From the NCBI GenBank assembly GCA_905331295.1, contig CAJNYD010000062.1, positions 124,001-188,000 of the forward strand: a stretch of 64,000 nt of DNA, given 5' to 3'. This document shows positions 59,410 through 64,000 of the stretch, piece by piece (positions within the stretch are counted from its first letter, which is position 1; each line of letters opens with the position of its first letter). The DNA comes from Rotaria socialis. Lineage: Eukaryota. The notes below the pieces were generated by a model, which was given only the letters and a program-made list of their open reading frames with translations, was not told the DNA's origin and did not search any database. Position numbers and translations under genes: made by a program.

Positions 59410-61112
59410 TAATTCAATGAAACCCATTCGTACAACATCAAGTGTTTCGTCAACAAACAATGATATATTATTATCAGATAGCCATCGTCATCAAGAATAT
59501 CCAACAGTACCACCAAAATTAGCAGCAGCTGTACCTAATCTGGGTTTAAATTTACGAACATCACCACCATTAGATTCTATGCCTGTTAATGTAAGTGAAA
59601 CGATTCATGAAGTTATTCCAAATGAGACAACAGATATCGCAACAGCATCCATCGATTTATTAGCTGATAAAGATGATAATAATTCATTACCATCGAATAA
59701 TAATAATGAAGAAATGGATCCACCGCATATATGTAAAGAAGAATTTTTTAGTTCTTATTTTTTCTAATGTTTAAAATTCATTTTTATACAAATTTTAGCT
59801 TCAGCTGGTCGAATTTTTTATGATCCAAACCCTCAAATAATTCAACGTAAAGGTTCAAATTCGGTAACATATAAACAAAATATAATTGTTCGTTTTCTAC
59901 AACCACCACCAATTCCTAATGCTGGTCCGCTAGTTATCAAAGAAGTCATTTAAAGAAAAGAGTTTTCATCAATCATGCCTACTATTTCTCTCTCTAGATA
60001 AGTTCTCAACAACAGCCACCATTGCCACCTCTAGTTATTAAACGTAAAAGAACTGTGCCTGCTTTTATTTCTCTGAGATATATATTCTTTTTCTTTTTCT
60101 TTTTCTTTTAGAACGTCCAACACCACCAAAAACTCCACCACCGCTTATTATTCGTGAAAAACCACCACCCCTTCCATCATCCATTGCCACAAAGGTGATA
60201 ACTCGGTAAATTATCTCTCTCTCCCTATAGATACATTTGTTTATTTATTTTGACAAAAAAAATGCAATGATTCCTTTTATTCTCAAAGTCATTTACCGCC
60301 TGAACCAGCTCCACCACGAGCTGTCATTATAGAACGTTTACCACCATTACCACCTAAACCACGGGATATCATTATTGAACGTTGGTTACCATATGAAATA
60401 GTGAATCAAAAACGTAAAGTCATTGTTGAACATGTGCAAAAGAATTCGAAAGAATATCCACAACCGAAAAATGTTATCATCACGTAAATTTGATTTAACT
60501 GACATGATCATTGTAATTTAGGCGTACTTTCAATTTTTGTTTTGCTATTTTATAGTTATGAACCTGTTTATGCAAAAATTGAACGTCATTTTCAAAAACA
60601 AAACGTGGTTCGTGAAGATCCTCAAGCGTATGCAAATCGTTTTGGTGAAAAATTATGCGAATCAGCGGCTGTTATTGAACAAGCACGAGCTGCAGGAGTT
60701 CTTGAAGATCTTGTAAATTAATTCGCTATTTTGTTTTTTCAATAGTTGATTTCATATTATTTTCTTTAGGATCCACCCGTATCATTTCTTACATCAACAA
60801 CAAATAGTGTTGCTATAGGTACAGATTATGAATCAACAATAAAATCTATTGACGATCAGGCACAAAAACCAAGTAATGACAATGAACAACAAGAAGAAAA
60901 AGAAGTTACTCAAACACCTATGGAAAATATTCAAGATGATGATGTTTTTGTTGAAGAAAATGTTACACCATTCTATATGAATTCAGGTATTTAACTTAAA
61001 ATTAAAATACTGATGATCAATTAATTCTTTTTCAGGTGAAAATCTTCAACAAACACTCCATCGTTTAGGCATTGAAATACCAGAAAATATTCTAAATGAA
61101 CATCAATTTTGA
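58973..61112 (+). CDS. Proline-rich protein of unknown function with PP.PGPL.I.E / IIER.LP repeats, multi-exon
   Basis: Long Asn/Ser/Thr-rich first exon, then spliced exons YKQNIIVRFLQPPPIPNAGPLVIKE...PPLIIREKPPP...PPRAVIIERLPPLPPKPRDIIIERWLPYE...PQPKNVIITY...EDPQAYANRFG...QQTLHRLGIEIPENILNEHQF*. Confidence 0.85.
59354..59407 (+). repeat. Coding (AAT/AAC)18 trinucleotide repeat encoding poly-Asn
   Basis: Direct reading; matches the N18 run in the ORF. Confidence 0.92.
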
Positions 61113-61699
61113 GAGTGAAATATGAATTAAAGCATTTTCTTAGTTCTTCACTTTTTCTTTGTTGTATTTTTCTATAGTTATCGTTTAGTAGAACAGAAAG
61201 ACTTGTTTTTTCTATATATATATATATATATACCTTTATTATGGTCAATAAAAGGACAAAAAAACGAAACTGCAAGCGTTTATCTACTGTTCAGATTTTT
61301 TAATATCAAGTGCTAAAAGGACGAATATTCAATATTTATACTTATTACAGGTTAAAATTATGAAAGAAAAGCTTGAATTAGAATTCAAATTGCCATAAAT
61401 ATAGCTACAGTCAGTTGATTTATCTGAATAAAATAATCAGTTGATATAGAAGGTATACCACATCTGCAAAAACGCTGAAGTGAAGTCAGCATATTATGGG
61501 TGAGTACTATTACAAAAATTCAAACAAATCAACTATTGTTGAATATTTAAATTAAGTTAGAAACAAAGGAAAAAGATTTGAATGAAAAATGTAAAAGAAA
61601 CCTCATCTAGTTTTACTTGTGAAGATTATGTCTGCTGTGATTGAGCTGTTCTCAAATATTGTTGTTGATGATGGCGAAGTAAGAAAATGTGCAAAATAA

Positions 61700-63240
61700 A
61701 ACTTTTCTACGCATAATTGAAACGCTACTTATATAACTCTTTTGGCACGAATTGATTTCATGGGCATAATTCGAACAAATCATTTGATGAAACAAGGGCT
61801 GTTGTGCTCGAAAACTTGAATAAGCTTTTACTATTATTTTGTTGAAACAACTTGTATTGACAATTTTAAAGGAAATCTAAGCTCCTGTTATTAATGGGCG
61901 TTACTAAACAATTGATTATTACTATCTATGTGCACTTGGATTGAAAATTGCTGCCATGTCAACGTTCTTATCAATATGTAACTAGATATGTTTTCTCTTA
62001 AAATAGGAACTAACTTTTCAATGATCGGTCTATTATCAATTTGTTGCATTGGAAAACTGAATAATGTTCAATATTGAATAATAATCGAAGAAATGTATTC
62101 GATTAAATTTAAATTAAAAATTCTACACTGCAGATTTTCGCAAGTTTAATTCTGTATTGTAAAAAGAAAACTTTTACATGTAAATATTGTATGTGATTTT
62201 TCCACACTACTACTACTAATTGCGGCTGATGAACAATAAATTAATAAGGAAATAAATAAAAATACCTGAAACATACGAAAAGAAAAATTTGTTCAATTAA
62301 GTTTTCTTTTCTCTTCACATACTGCATATATAATTTGTCAATGTTCTATATTATTTGTGCCAAGTAAAATGTAAAGCAATATATATGAAATTGGTCTGTT
62401 TTACATTCATCCACTCGTTCATCCTAGACAATACTATAACGGTTGATTTTTTTAGGTGCACATCCTTGTACGACGTATTGTTCGATACGATAAATATTTA
62501 ATCAAAGCATTTCATGTAACCTTTTTTTATCATCTTTTTCGTTTGATGGGCGGTCATTTGTGACATGATTTCAAAATTTTGCTGGTAATAAAAATTCTAT
62601 AAGATCAAAGTAAATACAAACTACTTGATTCATATAAAATAACTGCCAAAGTTATTGAAACATTGCTGCTTTAAATTTTTTTCTCTACTGTAATCTAAGC
62701 CAAAACGAATCAAAATTATGATTTGTGTAGAGAATCTCATTTCCAATACAAATGTCTATGTGCATTCGTATTAATATTGAAACCACTGGAAACAAATCAA
62801 AATTATATTGCATCTAATAAGCAGTATTAATCCACTATATATGTTACATTAAAGAGTTATGTATCTTATCAAAATTATTAAACATAAATTAAACAACAAG
62901 TGTTAAATTATTGATTGATGCGAGCATAAACAATTGAAATAACCACATGAATATAGTTAGTTTTTCATTTAAATTACGTAGATGATATTTATTTTATAGA
63001 TAAGTTGACACAAAAGTCTGTTACAAATGCCAGTAATCTTTGAGATGCATCGCATCAATAGAAAAACATTCAGAGTAGATTTTGATTTAAAAACTCTGTT
63101 TTTGTATGAAAAATTGATTCTATTTAATATTAGTTGACATGCCATGACGTACACAACACACGTTTAGTTAGTATAAAGTTATAATTTGACTTTGTGTTCC
63201 ACCTATTTGCACACCGGCTTGCGTACAAATACATATCAAG
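61700..63240 (-). mobile_element. Decayed KDZ (CxC5-type) transposase relic, tentative
   Basis: Broken minus-strand fragments occur in the expected order: GGTQSQIITLY, QGCAPKKINRY, CGKIT..IFTCKS (cf. 'PCG....EMFTCES'), VNTS..QQNNSK (cf. 'NT...EQ.NS'). Many stops and frameshifts. Confidence 0.33.
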
Positions 63241-64000
63241 TTGTCATAGGAAATTTCATGAAATTGATTAATAACTAACTAAATGAAAGTATGCGTGTGA
63301 CCTAGAAAATAATAAACTTCTAAAACTTATTATTCTATTTATTGAATCAATTGAAAAGACAAGTCACATTTTTTGATAGAATATAACAGATCATATCTAA
63401 CGCCTTAATCACATTTTTTTCAAATTATGCAATCATATCGATATTTACATTTTGATTGAATCTTATTAAAATAAATCTATGGTATCAAAGTAAAACATTT
63501 GACTATAATAATAAAATTTTTTATTTATAGGATCGTCAATCTATAGACTACTGTCTAACTGATGTCTTAAATATAGATGTCGAAGAGTAAAGGTTCATGT
63601 TTTCCTTCATCTCGGATTTGAGTCTATTCAATTACGAATATTTTTGGTAAATTTGATACTCTAACAAAGATGGTCGTAAGGAATATCCACAATATACAAA
63701 GAATTTTACTATAATCATGATTAGATCTTTGCATTAAAAAGCAAAAAAGTTATCGCTGAAATTCCGGAAATTGTTTTTTTTAATCTCTTAAACATTTCTT
63801 TTGTATTTCAAAACGAATGACTATTCAAATGTATCGTCATACTGAAGAAGAGCACTAGGAGAGTCTACTTAGAAAATCTGCCTTCGAATCATTCAGGTTT
63901 GACTGGTTGTTAGAACAATACGACTCAATACATTTCAAAGTAGAAAGCTATTTAATGGTACTTTCGTCGAACGAAGTTCTCATTGATATTGGAAACCATT

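Noticed and set aside
59304..59516. Poly-Tyr ORF on the minus strand, and similar 60-100 aa ORFs overlapping real genes
   Set aside because: Antisense or alternate-frame shadows of real exons and of the AAT repeat.

Overview
AT-rich eukaryotic DNA with many very short (~50-60 nt) GT-AG introns. Gene content (RSE-type ADP-ribosyltransferase-TPR gene, ARM-TIR-SAM gene, several bacterial- or fungal-like genes) strongly suggests a bdelloid rotifer (inference). Accessory part (1-45 kb): 5' end of a bacterial-type 3-hydroxyacyl-CoA dehydrogenase, intronless ARM-TIR-SAM-SAM-CaaX protein, Rid/YjgF protein, RTA1-like membrane protein, intronless USP with four UBL-like repeats, TGN38/KCT2-like membrane protein, intron-containing tRNA-Tyr, carboxylesterase, cathepsin L, EEP phosphodiesterase, ART-TPR, UBL-ART, a disrupted caspase-like gene joined to a VPS13 fragment, MITEs and transposase relics. 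Conserved, intron-dense part (45-61 kb): STIM, RBM17/SPF45, TBC1D23 and a Pro-rich protein. Best leads: (i) a cluster of candidate NAD+-consuming and protease defence effectors at 35-42 kb, plus a prenylatable TIR protein; (ii) a candidate intronic C/D snoRNA in RBM17 complementary to the 28S peptidyl-transferase region; (iii) an operon-like RBM17-TBC1D23 junction of 119 bp. All homology calls come from motif recognition by eye; no searches were run, and multi-exon gene limits are manual.
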